64,000 nt of DNA. It comes from Paramoeba atlantica (lineage: Eukaryota; Protista; Discosea). Positions within the stretch are counted from its first letter, which is position 1; each line of letters starts with the position of its first letter. A program made the translations under genes and the position numbers. Below are positions 48,347 to 61,026 of the stretch, one piece after another. The stretch covers positions 124,001 through 188,000 of the forward strand of contig CDRNVI010000163.1 in assembly GCA_977017575.1 (NCBI GenBank), in the 5' to 3' direction. The notes under the pieces are model-generated. The model did not search any database and was not told the DNA's origin. It saw only the letters and a program-made list of their open reading frames with translations.

Positions 48347-48381
48347 AGGTCGAGACACGACGCAGCGTCGTGTCTCGACCT
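48347..48381. repeat. Perfect 17-bp inverted repeat with 1-nt spacer
   Basis: aggtcgagacacgacgc-a-gcgtcgtgtctcgacct, with an extra aggtcgagaca copy just upstream. Confidence 0.9.
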
Positions 48382-48505
48382 CTTCACGAAAAGGCACGGA
48401 AGGGGACACCTTTTGGAGACACCTTTCTCTTTTTTTGTGTCTTTTTTTGGTTAGACCTTTTAAAAAGTTTTGCTTTGCACGGTTCGATGGTTGTTCGTTG
48501 TCCAA

Positions 48506-51500
48506 ATGTTCCACAATATTAACGATGAGGTAAAATGAGGGCCCCAATTTCTTTTTATTTTTTTGAGAGAGGATTTGTTTTTTTCATTTTTTCTGATCAT
48601 TTGTTTTGAAGGATTCGGCAAAGTACAAACGCCGAGCTCGAATCCTCCAGAGGTCTGTTTCCTCACCACACCACGCTAACCTTGAAGAAGAAGCGTTGAG
48701 AAGCAACCAAAAAGTGGCGAGCTCTCGACTTGGAATGTTGCAATCTGTTGATGAGAGTCATAAGACAGAGAAGATAGAGAAAGAAGAGAACCCCCCTGAG
48801 AGTCCAAAATCGTGGAGCGTGAATAGTTTCCCCGCACCTTCAAGTCCTCGAAATCACCGTCCATCACTGAGCCCAAGAAAAGGGCCAAGTCCTTCTTTTT
48901 CTTCTTCTTCTTCAAGTGAAACAACAACAACTGGTGAAGAAGTTCGTCTCTTTCCTTTGGGGAATGTGAATAGTGAGTCGACTGGACCAAAGCTGAGCCC
49001 GAGGGAGAGTGGGGAAGAGAGTGGTGGTGGGAATGATAAATACAGTACAAAGAATGGAAATTGTATCAAGATTAATACAATCATTCCAAGTAACGCAAAT
49101 GGTGAAAGTGATACAACAAGGAAAACAAGTAATGGTGGTGGTGGTGGTGGTGGTGGTAGTGGTTGGACAACTGGTTCGAGCGGTGAAGGTTGGAGTACCT
49201 CCAAGGTGTTTGCTAAAAAGAGCGAGGTTTTAATTGATGAGAGTGGAATGGTTTGGAATTGATTTTGTTTTTTTTTTGTTTTTTTTTGTTTTTTGTTTTC
49301 TCTCTCTCTCTCTCTCTCTCTGTTGTTTTAACCCTTTATACTTTTTTTTTCTGAACTTACAATTTTATTCAGATAACTGCAGGAAGTGTTGAAGGATTGG
49401 TGATGATTCTCATGGAACATCCAAATGCTGTGAATCGTTTTGCCGATATTGGTATTTCATTCTCTTTTTTTTTCTTTTCTCTTTTTTAAAGAATAGGCTC
49501 AAACGATGAGAGTTTTAAATGTCTTTATTTTTTTTTTCAATTTGTTGATCTCTTTCAATTTGAACAGACATATTTTTATTGAACTATTTATCATTCACAA
49601 CTGTGACTTCGCTCCTTTCAATTGTCCAACAACTTTTAAAAAGTCGCTTTTCTTGGGCGAAGGTATCTTTTTCTTGACTTTTAGGAGAGGGAAGAAGGAA
49701 AGATAAAAAAATGAACAATTTTTTCGAGAGAAAAAAAGAAAGAAAAGAAATCTCAGAATAGAGAAAAAAAGAGTTTTTATTTTTTGAGAGTGATTTTCAA
49801 ATTCTTTTCTTGTAGGGTGATCCGATCAAGGCTGATGCGTTGGCTCTTCGTCTTTGTAGTTTTTGTAAACTTTGGATTACTCGTTCAGCAGAGGTTTTTT
49901 CATTCTTACCTCTCTCTTTTCTCTCTCTTTTCTCTCTCTTTTCTCTTTTTTCTCTTTTTTCATTTTTTTTCTTCTTTTTTTGTTTATAAACCCTTTCTGA
50001 GCCCTCCAAACAGACAGATTTCACTTTAGATGAAATGACACAAACAGAAAAATTCATTACTGAAGAAGTATTGAGTGGCCAAGAAGGAGTCACAGGCGCT
50101 CCAGCTCGCGCGATGACCTCAGTCTTAACCAAACTCCAAAGTATCAAGGCAAAAAAACAACAGCAAGAAAGAGAAGAAAAAAAGAAAGAGGGAGGAGGAG
50201 AAGAAGAAGAAGAAGAAAAGAAAGGGCAGGGAGTAATTGAAGGGAAATTAGACGAATCAAATTTTATGATTTCTCAAGTTGTACCAATTGAAAGTCCAAG
50301 AAAATGGGGAGCGGGGGCTGCTGTGGCTTTATTAGGATTGCCAGTAAAAGAAACAGCTGAAAAATTGTGTTTGATTATGCAAAGGTATTTTGCTGCGATT
50401 CGCCCTAAAGAGCTTGCTCGTTGTGCTTGGATGAAAAATCGAGATCAGTCTTCTCCGAATGTTGCGAAGGTTTTTTTTGATTTTGGTGAATGTAAAATTG
50501 AGGAGGGAAGAAAAAAATGAGAAAATGAAAGAGGGAAGAAAAAAGAGGAAAAGAGAGTTAAAAAAGAAAAATCTTCAACCAATTCAAAAACTAATTTTGC
50601 ACAAAAAAAAAAATAGGTGATCGATTTCTTCAATTTAGGAACAAACTGGATTATGACAGAGATTTTATCACATATTCATGATGTGAGTGCTCGTGTTCAG
50701 ACAATAGAGAAATCTATTCATTTGATGAGTACTCTCTTTCGTTTGAATAATTTTCAAGGGACGTTGATGGTTTTGTCTGCGTTGGCACACAGGTGATTTT
50801 TTTTTAATATTTTTTTTTTAAATTTCCTCTTTTTTTTTCAATCTATTTTTAGTTTTTTTCATTTCATTTATACTTTTTAATCTTGGCAAACAGTTCTATT
50901 TATCGATTGAAAGCATCTTGGGCTCGTGTTTCAAAGGATAGAATGGCTGAACTTGAAAGTATGAAAGCTCTCTTTTCCCCCAATCGAAATTGGAATGCTT
51001 ATCGCCAGGTCTCTGTTATTTCTTTAAAAAATCCTTTTTTTTTTCTGGGAATTTTTGTCCCTTTTTTTGACGATTCATTTTCTTTCTTTTTAACAATCAA
51101 AAATGAAAAGGCTCTGGGAGAGTGTCAACCACCCTCAGTACCGTACTTAGGAGTTTACCTTTCTGATTTAGTTTTTATTGAAGACGGAAACCCTGATACA
51201 ATCTCTCCCCCCAATCAAGAACAGCAACCCCAACCTTCCCCACCTACTTCCTCTCCTCTTTCTTCTCTTGGTTCAAATCGATCGCATGCAGAAACCTCAA
51301 TATCTCCTTCCCCTTCCTTCCCTCCTTCTTCTGCTGTCTCTCCACGTCCAAAGACAACAATTGATTCACAGATTAGAAAACTACACTCTCCCACCCATCC
51401 TCCTAGTGGAAGGGGAATTTCGCCCCGCCATGGCGATACTCATGCACAATCAATCTCTCCAAGATTTAGGGATGAGTCACCACTTCAAAGTGCTTCCTCT

Positions 51501-54500
51501 CCCATTATTTCTCCAACTCTGGAATTTACTTCTTGTTCTCCAAATCGCATAACTGACAGCGATGGGGAAGGGAAAGATGATCCACTGAATGAGGAAGCTG
51601 GGTCTCCAACACATTCGTTTCTTTCACATTTAGGATCACGTTCAAGTAGCAAATTTGGCCATCGGTCGAGATCCTCCACTTCTATTGACACACCCAATGG
51701 ATCCACTTCTCCTTTTTCTTTAACATCGTCAACAAAATTATCTACCTCCCCCTCTGATTTCTCCAAACGCGTTTCCCAATCTCTCCGATCCTCTCGTTCT
51801 TCTTGCTCTCCACGTTCCTCTCGTTCTCCCAGCCGTTCTTGTTCTTCTCGTTCTTCCTCTAGTTCTTCCTCTCGTTCCTCTCGTTCCTCTCGTTCCTCTC
51901 GTTCCTCCCATTCTCCCACCCGTTCCTCTCCTCAACCTTCCCTCGAAATTGAGAGTCCTCCCACTTTTTTTGAGAAAAGGATCGCAACAATACAATCACC
52001 AAGACAGCAGCAAGAACAACAGGAACAGGAGGAACAGGAGGAACAGGAGGAACAACAGGAACAAGAGAAACAGGAGGAACAACAGGAACAGGAGGAGAAG
52101 CAGGAACAAGAGAAACAGGAGAAACAGCAGGAACAAGAGAAACAAGAGAAACAAGAGAAAGAACAGGAACAGCAGAAACAAGAGAAACAGGAGAAACAAC
52201 AGGAACAAGAGAAACAGGAGGAACAACAGGAACAGCAGAAACAACAGGAACAGGAGAAACAACAACAGGAACAAGAGAAACAAGGGGAGCAAGAGAAACA
52301 AGAGAAACAACAGGAACAGCAGAAACAAGAGAAACAGGAGAAACAACCAGAACAGCAGGAGCATCAACAGAAGGCATATTCATTGAAACTTCGTCTTCGG
52401 TCTCCTTTTTCAACATCTAAATCTTCTTCGTCTTCGAAAGAGAAGACACCAGTTCCACTTTCTCCTGAGAGATACCGCCCTTTTGGGGGGGAATCTCCTG
52501 TTCTTGTTAGTCTGAAAAGTATCTCTTCGAAGGGTTCAATTGTTTCTCCAAGGGTTTCTCCAAGGAGAGGTGAGGGAACTGGGCGAGTGACTCCTTTTCA
52601 ACTCTCTCCGGCTGTGAGTTCTTCCTTTCCTTCTTCCTCTTCTTCTTCCTCCTCCTCCTCCTCCTCCTCCTCCTCCTCCTCCTCCTCCTCCTCCTCCTCC
52701 TCCCCCTCTTCCTCTTCCTCTACCTCTCCCTCTCTGGCTCTCTTTTTCCCAGATCGTACCTCTCCATCTTCTCCCTCCTCTCCTTCCACGACTTATCCTC
52801 CTCCTTCTCCTTCTCTGCTTTGCTCTCCTTCATTGCCAGACACATATGCACTTGATAAACTTCTTTTTTCTCCCCCTCCTTCTTCTCCCCCTCCTCCCCC
52901 TTCTCCTTTTTCTTCTCCCTCTTCTTCTCCCTCATCTCTCTCTTGTTCTCCTAGTACTCCCTCTCTTCCCCCATCTTCTCTTTCTCTCTCTCCTCTCTCA
53001 AATGCTAATCATTCTGTTTTTTGCGCATCTCCTCGAGCTCGTTCGGCTGGTCGTGCTTTTCTTTCTCAGTCTCGCCATGGTGTTCGTTCTGGTGTTCGTC
53101 CTTCTTCTTCGCCTTCCTCTCCCCCTTCCTCTCCCCCTTCCTCTACTGCAAAGCCTTTAAATTTAGATTGGATCTCAACATCAGCAACATCACCAACCCG
53201 AACAACATCAGCAACATCACCAACCCGAACAACATCAGGAACATCACCAACCCGAACAACATCAGGAACATCACCAACCCGAACAACATCAGGAACATCA
53301 CCAACCCGAACAACAACATCACCAACATCACCAACCCGAACAACAACATCAACAACACCACCACCATCACTAACCCCAACAAGAACAACAATACCTTCAA
53401 CGGCAACAACACCACCAACACCAACACCAACACCAACGACACCAACGACACCAACGACACCAACACCAACGACACCAACACCAACAATACCAACAACGCC
53501 AAAAACACCAACAATGCCAAAAACACCAACAACAACAACCTCGAACCTAGTCTATATCAATTTTACAAAATGGAGAGTATGGGGAAAAGTGCTCTTGGAC
53601 ATGAAAGTTTTTCAAAGTACGCTCTATCAAATGGATGCCACAATGGAAAGTGCACTTGAGTTTCTTGATGCTTTGTCGAGCGCGAAGTTGTTATCAAATG
53701 ATGAGTCTTTTGAGGTTTTTTTAAATTTTTTTTCTTTATTTCTTTATTTCTTTATTTCTTTATTTCTTTATTTCTTTATTTCTTTATTTCTTTATTTCTT
53801 TATTTAAGATTGGTCTTGATATTAAAACTAACGAACTTTTCTCTTTTTACAACAGAGATCACTTGTCGTAGAACCACGAGCGCCCAAACCCCTCCCACCA
53901 GAAAAAGATGAAAAAGAAGAGAAAAAAGAAGAGAAAAAAGAAGAGAAAAAGGAAGAGAGAAAAGACAAAAAATTCGTATTCAAAAAAGAAAGAGTAGTTA
54001 AGAGTCCAAGAATACGATGCTCTACTCGATATTACAATCTTTCGAAAGATCGTCCTCACCCTTCTCCAGGAATCCCTTTTTTCGATTCAGAGGGAGAGTT
54101 AGTAGCAGAATTAGATGATCTTGATTTTCCCCTTGGTGAAGAGATTGGGGAAGAAAAATCTGCTTCTTTCCCCCCTCCTTTCTCTTTTTCTCTTCCCTCC
54201 TCCACTTCTTCTTCTCTTCCTTCCACCACTTCTTCTGCTCTTTCTCGCCCGTTAAGAGAATTTTCTTTCAGAGAAGAAGAGCTTCTGAGTGTCACTCTAG
54301 GAGGAGAAGAGAAAGAAAGAGAAAAAGAAAGAGAGAATGAAAGAGAGAATGAAAGAGAGAATGAAAGAGAAGATGAAGCAGAAAAAGAGAAAGATCAACA
54401 ACAAAAACCATCCAAAGTAGTACACAGAAAAACATCATCAGGAGGATCTTCTTCTTTCTTTATCAGTTCAGGCTCTCAAAAGAGAACCAGAACAAGATCA

Positions 54501-57500
54501 AAGAAAGAGAAGAAACTTGAGGAGAAAAAAGAGTGGGAAGATGAAGGAGAGAAAGGAGAGAAAGGAGAGAAACCCCCCCGTGTTTCTCCTACAGAAGAGG
54601 GGCAGAAAAAAAGGTTTGGTTTTCGAAGACATAACACAAAAGAAAGAGAAGAAAAAAAGTCAATCTCTGTTGGTCAAACCATTCGATCTCCCACATCCTC
54701 TTCCTCTTCTTGCTCCTCCTCCTCCTCTTCTTCTTTTTCTTCTTCTTATATTGGGCTCGCAAATTCCCCTCCTCTGTCACCTCCTTTGTCTCCACAAAGC
54801 AAACCTCTTCCCTCTCGAATCCCAACAGCAACATCTCCTGTCCCTCTCTCTTTCCTCCCTTCTCCTCCCTCTCCCTCTTCTCGTTTTCGGTCTCCTCTTT
54901 CTTTCCGTTCTCTTTCTCCTCTTCCTGAGCAACAGACACAACAACATAATTCTACTATCTTCCCTCGTTCTCCAGTTTTTAGGGAGAACAAGAGAGAGAA
55001 GAGAGAGAAAGCAATTTCTTTTATGTTGGGTGATACTTCTGATAGTCATTATTCTCAGAGTCATTATTCTCTTTCCGCTCCTCTCCATTCTCAGGTTGGT
55101 TTATCTGATTTTTGGTTATCTTATTTCTCTTCCCCCTCTCTTTTCTCTTCCCCTTCCCTCAAATTTCTTCTCTTACTCTCTTGTTAGGTTTCACCTTTGG
55201 GAGGTCATAGAAGAAGACAACAACAACAATTATCACCATCAACATCGGCACGTTCACAAGTTCGATCAGTGCAGACACGTCCACAATCAACTCACCAATC
55301 AAAACCCATCTCAAAGTCACCACAACCACATCGTCAATCTCTTGAATCGTCACACCCGCAATGTCCGGCCTGTCAAACAAATCAAAAATCAAAAAAGAAG
55401 AAAAGAAATATTTTTCAGGAATTTCCATCTTTTTATTCTGTTCCTTTTGAGATGTTGAGTCCTTCTTTGCTTGGACTTTTTTCAACAAATACTTTGTTTG
55501 GGGCTTTACTTTTGTCTCATTGTGTCAGGTTTTTTTTTTGTCTTTTAATCTTTTTTTCTTTTTATTATTTGATTTAATTTTTTGAAACTCAATTTTATTT
55601 GATTCTCTTTTGTTTTTCTTTTTGACCGTGTTTTCAGGTGTATCTGTCAAGCAAGTTTAATTAAGTTGGAAGCGAAGGAGGTTTTAATTTGCTCTTATTA
55701 TTTCTTTTCTTACTTTTTCCTTTGTTATTTTGGTGGCTTTTTTTTCATTCACTTTATTCACATTTTTCCTCCAAAAACAGAAACAAACCTCATTTTGTAT
55801 CCAATCACATTGTCAATCCCACCCCCTCGATCACTTCTTTCTCGCACTCCTTTCTCGCCTCCCCCATATCCCAAATTCCAAACCCCCTCCATCTCCCTCT
55901 CCTTCTTTCACTCCTTCTTCTCCTCAGCTCTCTCACCACTTTCTTCGACAACAATTGTTCGAAAAATGTTCTCTTCTTCTTGAAGGGCTGAAAGAGTGCG
56001 AAATTCCTTCTTCAAAGGAGAAAAAATCTCGTCGGAGTCGATCTTTCACGTCACTTAACCGTCCAATTGACCTTTCTGCTTCTCCTCCTTCTCCTGTTTC
56101 TTCTCTGAGATTAGAAATAAGTTCTATCATTTCTCTCACGCAACAGTATTGCAATCGAGTTGCCAGCGGATATCTTCGCCTCTCAAATGAGAGGAGAAAT
56201 TCTCGTCTCGAAGCTGAGATGCTCCTACGAGAAAAATCTACACCTCTGAGAGGAGAAGGAGAAGAGAGCGGAAGTAGAGAGGGGAAAAAGGGAGAAGGAG
56301 GGAGATCTGGAAGGAAAGGGAGAGAAAAGGGAGAGAGAAAGAAGAGAAAACAATATAAAAAGGGACGATCTGCTGTTATCGAGGAAGATTTTTTCGAGTC
56401 TCTCGCAAAAAATTCCTCTTTTGATGCAATTCCTTCAGAGCATGGGGGGGGGAAAGAGAAAGACAAAGAGAAAGAGAAAGAGAAAGAAAAGGAGGACGAA
56501 AAGGACAAAGAAAAAGACAAGGAAAAAGAGGGAGGGGAGGAGAAAGGAGAGAAAGGAGAGAAAAGAGAGAAAGGAGAGAAAGGAGAGAAAAGAGAGAAAA
56601 GAGAGAAAAGAGAGAAAAAAGAGAAAGAAGAGAAGGGTGAGAAGGGTGAGAAGGGTGAGAAGGGTGAGAAAGGTGAGAAGGGAGAGAAGGGAGAGAGAGA
56701 GGGAGAAGAGAAATGGGAAAAAATTTTGAGTCCTCAAAGAGAGAGCGGGGGAGAAGTGAAAGGGCTTCCAGGACATGCCGTGAGTGATTTTTTGGCTGTG
56801 GGAGAAATTCTTGATTCTCTTTCTTTTTCTGTTTCTAAATTTGATCCTTTTTCTTCTTCTTCTTCTTCTTCTTCCCCCTCTTCTTCCTCTTCTCATTCTG
56901 TTTCTTTCTCCTCTTCCCCCACTCACTCCCCTTCTTCCCCTCCCATTTCTCCCAAACGCTCTCTTACCTCAAACGACACAAACAAATCCTCTATTCTCTC
57001 TCTCTCTTTTGATATCGTGGAAATTGTATCTTCTTTTTTTCATTTTTGGAAAAAGAAAATTCCTTTGCATTCTTTGGTTCCTGAGATGGTTTGTGTTTGT
57101 ACTGTTGAGTTGTTTTGTTCGGTCAATGCACTTCTTCTTCCACAAAAGTGAGTAGTTTTTCTTCTTTCTCTCTCTTTGATTTTGTTTTATTCTGTTCTAT
57201 TTTCTTCCTTTGAAAGTCTTTCTCTTTTTCTCTTTTTCTCTTTCTCACACTCTCTCTTCCCAGATCACCCTCGCAACTCGCAACAAGAAAAGAAGAATTT
57301 ACGACAAAAAAAGAAAAACTCCAAAAAACAATCACCTCATATCTTTACACCACTTGTCCTCTTCTTCTTCCCTCTCTCCACTCTCTTGAAGGGGAAATCA
57401 CTGCTTCTTCTTCTTCCTCTTCCTTCTCTTCTTTCTCTTCTCCTTCTTTCTCTCCTCCTTCTTTCTCTCCCTTGCTTTCTCTTTCTTCTCCTCCTCGAGA

Positions 57501-58434
57501 TCCTCTCTCTGATTTCTTTCTCTCTATTAATGAAGACCTTTTGGGGATGCTGAAAGAAGATAAAGAGAGAGGAGAGAGAGGAAGGATTGGGCGTGGGCCA
57601 CTCGAAAAAATCGTTCGTGAAATGATTCAATCTCTTCTGTCTATTCTTGACGAAAGGAGAGAGGGAAAGGAAGAAGAGAAAGAGGCGAAAGAAGTGAAAA
57701 AAGAAAAAGAAGAAGAGGGGAAAGAAGAAGAGAAGAAAGAAGAAAATGAGGAAAGAGAGAAGAAAGAGGAGAGAGAGGAAAAGGAGGATAAAGGAGAAGG
57801 AGAGGATGGAGAGGATGGAGAAGAGAGAGAAGAATTAATTGATAAAGAGAAAGAAGAAATTAGAGAAGGAAATGATAAGTACAGAAATATTTTGGATTGG
57901 ATTGTCAATAGTAGAATAGGAGCTCCGCAAGTCGAAGAAGGCATTGAGAAAAGAAAAGAGAAAGAAAGGGAAGGAGAAGAGAGAAAAGAAAAAGAAAGAG
58001 AAGGAATTGCTGAATTATTATTCGGAATTTGGATGTTTTTTCCTGCTCTTTTTGTTGAATTATTTCACAATTCTTCTTCCTCTCATTCTCTCTCTTCTTC
58101 TTTTCGTATTAGTGGAGCAGTTTGTCTTATGGCTCTTCAGTGTGCGCTCTCTTCTCTTGATAGCTTTTTCGCTGTTTCTGCGAGTTGTTCTCCTCTTACT
58201 TTAGAGAAAAAGGAGGGAGAAAAAGGAAACGAAGGAAGAAAGGAAGAAAAAGAAAAAAAGGAAGAAAAGGAAGAAAAGGAAGAGGATGAAGTTAAGGGAG
58301 AGAAAGAAGATAAAGAAACAGAAACAAAAAAAGAAACAGAAGAGAATGGTCCCCTGTCTTCTCCACAAATTTGTCTCCAAGCACTAATCAGTTTTGAAGC
58401 GGTTCGTTTGTTATTGAGCCAAAATACGCCATAA
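48506..58434 (+). CDS. Giant RasGEF (REM + CDC25 domains) with a large internal insertion and long C-terminal extension; roughly 2,800-3,000 aa if all exons join
   Basis: ITAGSVEGLV and FLLNYLSF (REM); IRPKEL..W, RLNNFQG, SIYRLKASW, VPYLGVYLSDLVFIEDGNPD...INFTKWR (CDC25). In-frame GT-AG chain continues to ORFs 55730-57151 and 57472-58434. Confidence 0.8.
52005..52370 (+). repeat. Coding Q/E/K repeat (QEKQE-like) within the RasGEF insertion
   Basis: caggaacaagagaaa-like units. Confidence 0.9.
53180..53345 (+). repeat. Coding 24-bp tandem repeat (TSPTRTTS/G)n
   Basis: acatcaccaacccgaacaacatca repeated about 6 times. Confidence 0.9.
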
Positions 58435-58535
58435 AATCCCAAAAAAGAAAAATTGAAATAAATCATCATTTTTTTTAGAAAAAACACACCTTTTATTTCA
58501 AGAAAAAAAGCACAAAAGAAAAACACTCAAGGAAA

Positions 58536-60824
58536 TTAGTTCATTGGAGCAAATGGACCAATCCCATAGTGACGAAGCATATCGCTTTGCTTCAAAATAC
58601 GTTTCCTCTTCTTTTGTCGAACGGTATCGTGAAAGTAAACTTCACCACCATCCAAATTCTGTTTTTGCACAAATCTTTGAGCCATATTGAAAGCAGCCAA
58701 TGGCATATACGTTGGCACGGTGTGTCCAGCTCCTTTGACAGTTGCATAAGAATATTGATCATATTGTTCAACATAACCAACAGTCGCTCCATTCACAAAC
58801 CAAGGACCCCACTCCTTTGTAAGAGTACCATCCAACTCTTTCAAGCAAAAAGTAGTATAAGGACCAGGAACAGTGGCCATATCAACATCACCAGAGTAAA
58901 CAAGAACATGAACATCTGGTCTTTGGCTGAATAAACTTTGATAATAAGGAATTAAAGAGCCATGATCCGCATGGTAATGAAGAACTCCATTGTCACAAAA
59001 GTCCCAGTCACCGTTCGAAGAAACAGGAGCATGAGCGTGGATGGCTGCTTGGACATCAGATCGACTGAGATAAGTCTCCAAAGCTTGATCTCCAGTTGGT
59101 TCCTTTAAGAAAACAGAGAAACAATTTTGTTAAAAGGAGAAAGAGACAAGAAATAAAGAAACAGAGAAGAGAAAAAAAGGAAAAAATGAAAAGGAAAAAA
59201 AACAAAATTACATTCTCTTCAAGAGAAACTGCAAAATCCAAAGTACCATTTCCAGTAATAAAATCTTGAAACAAATCGTCTGTGTCGAGCGAGGGTTGTG
59301 TTCCATTGAAATGAAAAGGTCCAATTTCCTGATAAATTTTTCCAACTTCTTTGTCTGCAGTTGAATAAATGTTCTGACAAGTTTGAGAGGCGCTACTTTG
59401 AGCACAACCTGCCGGAAAGAGATTTGAGTGGTTTCCTTTTTCTTATTTTGGGAGATTGTAAAATTTTTATTTTCAAAAAAAAATCATTTATCTTGAGAAA
59501 AGAAAAGAAAAAGTTGAACCATTTGAATTCCAATCATCAATTGTTGATTGAGAAATAAGTTGATGCCAATAGTAAATATTGATTTGGATGTCTTTTGAGT
59601 TCGTCAAACTATTACAATCAAAAACGGGATTTCCGTTCATTGTCCCTTTAAAAATGAAAAAAAAAACAAGAGTTCAGTTTGACAAATCAATTAAGATAAA
59701 TGGCAAGAGAGAAAAAGAGAGAAAAAGAGAAAAAGAGAGAAAAGGAGAGAAACAAACCAATCAACTGTTTGTAAATATTAGAATCTGGATGATTCAAAAT
59801 CTGGTTTGTCAACATTGGAATATAAACTCCACCATAACTTTCACCAGCCAACCAAGTTGGACGACCAATAAAACGAGGATTTGCTTCCAAAAATCCTTCA
59901 ATGAAATTGTAATTGTCAGCAGCAGCTTGGAAATCATCTACAAGAAAGAAAAAAAAAAGTTAACAAATACCGCTGAGAAAAGGAAAAGAAAAAGGAAAAG
60001 GAAAAGGAAAAGGAAAAGGAAAAGGAAAAAAAAAAGAAAAAAGAAAAGAAGAAGAGAAACCAATCGAATATTCATATCCTTGTTGACCACTATAAGAAAA
60101 ACCAACAGAAGTAGGCTGCTCCAAATAAACAATATTGGCAAAAGAAGTCCATGTAATTTGAGACAAGTCAACTGTTCCATCCAAATTCACATGGAATGGG
60201 CCGTGCTCTGTGAATAACCCTCCTAATCCACTGCATCCTGATTTTTTTGTTTTTTTGTTTTTTTGTTTTTTGTTTTGTTTTGTTTTTTGTTTTGTTTTTT
60301 GTTTTGTTTTAGAAAAATGAGTTTGAGAAATGAGTTTTGCAAAGTTTTTCTTCTTTTATAAAAGTGCTTTTTAAGGTTTAAAAGAAATAGAAATGAGAGA
60401 GAGAGAGAGAGAGAAGAGAGAGAAACCTGGTCCTCCTTGATACCAAAAGATGAGAGGATCAGATTCTGGGGTTGGTCCTTGACTTTCAGTCAACCAATAA
60501 AAATTGTTTCGTTGGTATGTTGTATTCACAACAACATACCCAGTCGAAGAGTTGAAAGGGAAGGGGTTTTGTCCAATGTAATCTGTGTCAAAAGAAAAGA
60601 ATATTTCAGAAAAAGAATATTTCAGAAAAAGAGTGTTTCAATTCTCTCCCCTCTCCCCCCACATTTTCAATCCAACAAAAATTTTCTTTCTTTCAATAAA
60701 AGAAAAAAGAACCAGGCAAAGTATCAGCAGTAACAGGAAAAGGACCACAAAAATCACAGTCACCACGAACACGTTCTCCCCACACAACAACAAACACCAA
60801 AAATACAACAACACTCCTCATCAT
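58536..60824 (-). CDS. Serine carboxypeptidase S10, copy 1, secreted, multi-exon
   Basis: Signal peptide, WYQGGPG, YLEQPTSVGFSYS, GESYGG (Ser), YSGDVD (Asp) and VKGAGHTVP (His). Confidence 0.92.
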
Positions 60825-61026
60825 TGCGGTCCTTGTTGCGGAACAAGAAAGAAAAGTTTGGTTTTAGAAACCCAAAATTTTGTTGTCGAATGCTTTTTTT
60901 TTTTTCGATTGAAAAGAAGAATTTTCGGCAGAAAAGAAAACTTTTTATTGAACAAAACAAAGTGAGTTTTCTCAAGAAAAATAGAATATTCAAGAATTTT
61001 TTTTTATTATTCAAATGGAAAAAACA

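Noticed and set aside
48475-48500. tRNA suggested by GGTTCGA (also at 15947, 40520, 49172)
   Set aside because: No cloverleaf or A-box context; most hits lie in coding sequence.
53180-53345. CRISPR-like regular repeat
   Set aside because: No unique spacers; it is an in-frame coding repeat in a eukaryotic gene.
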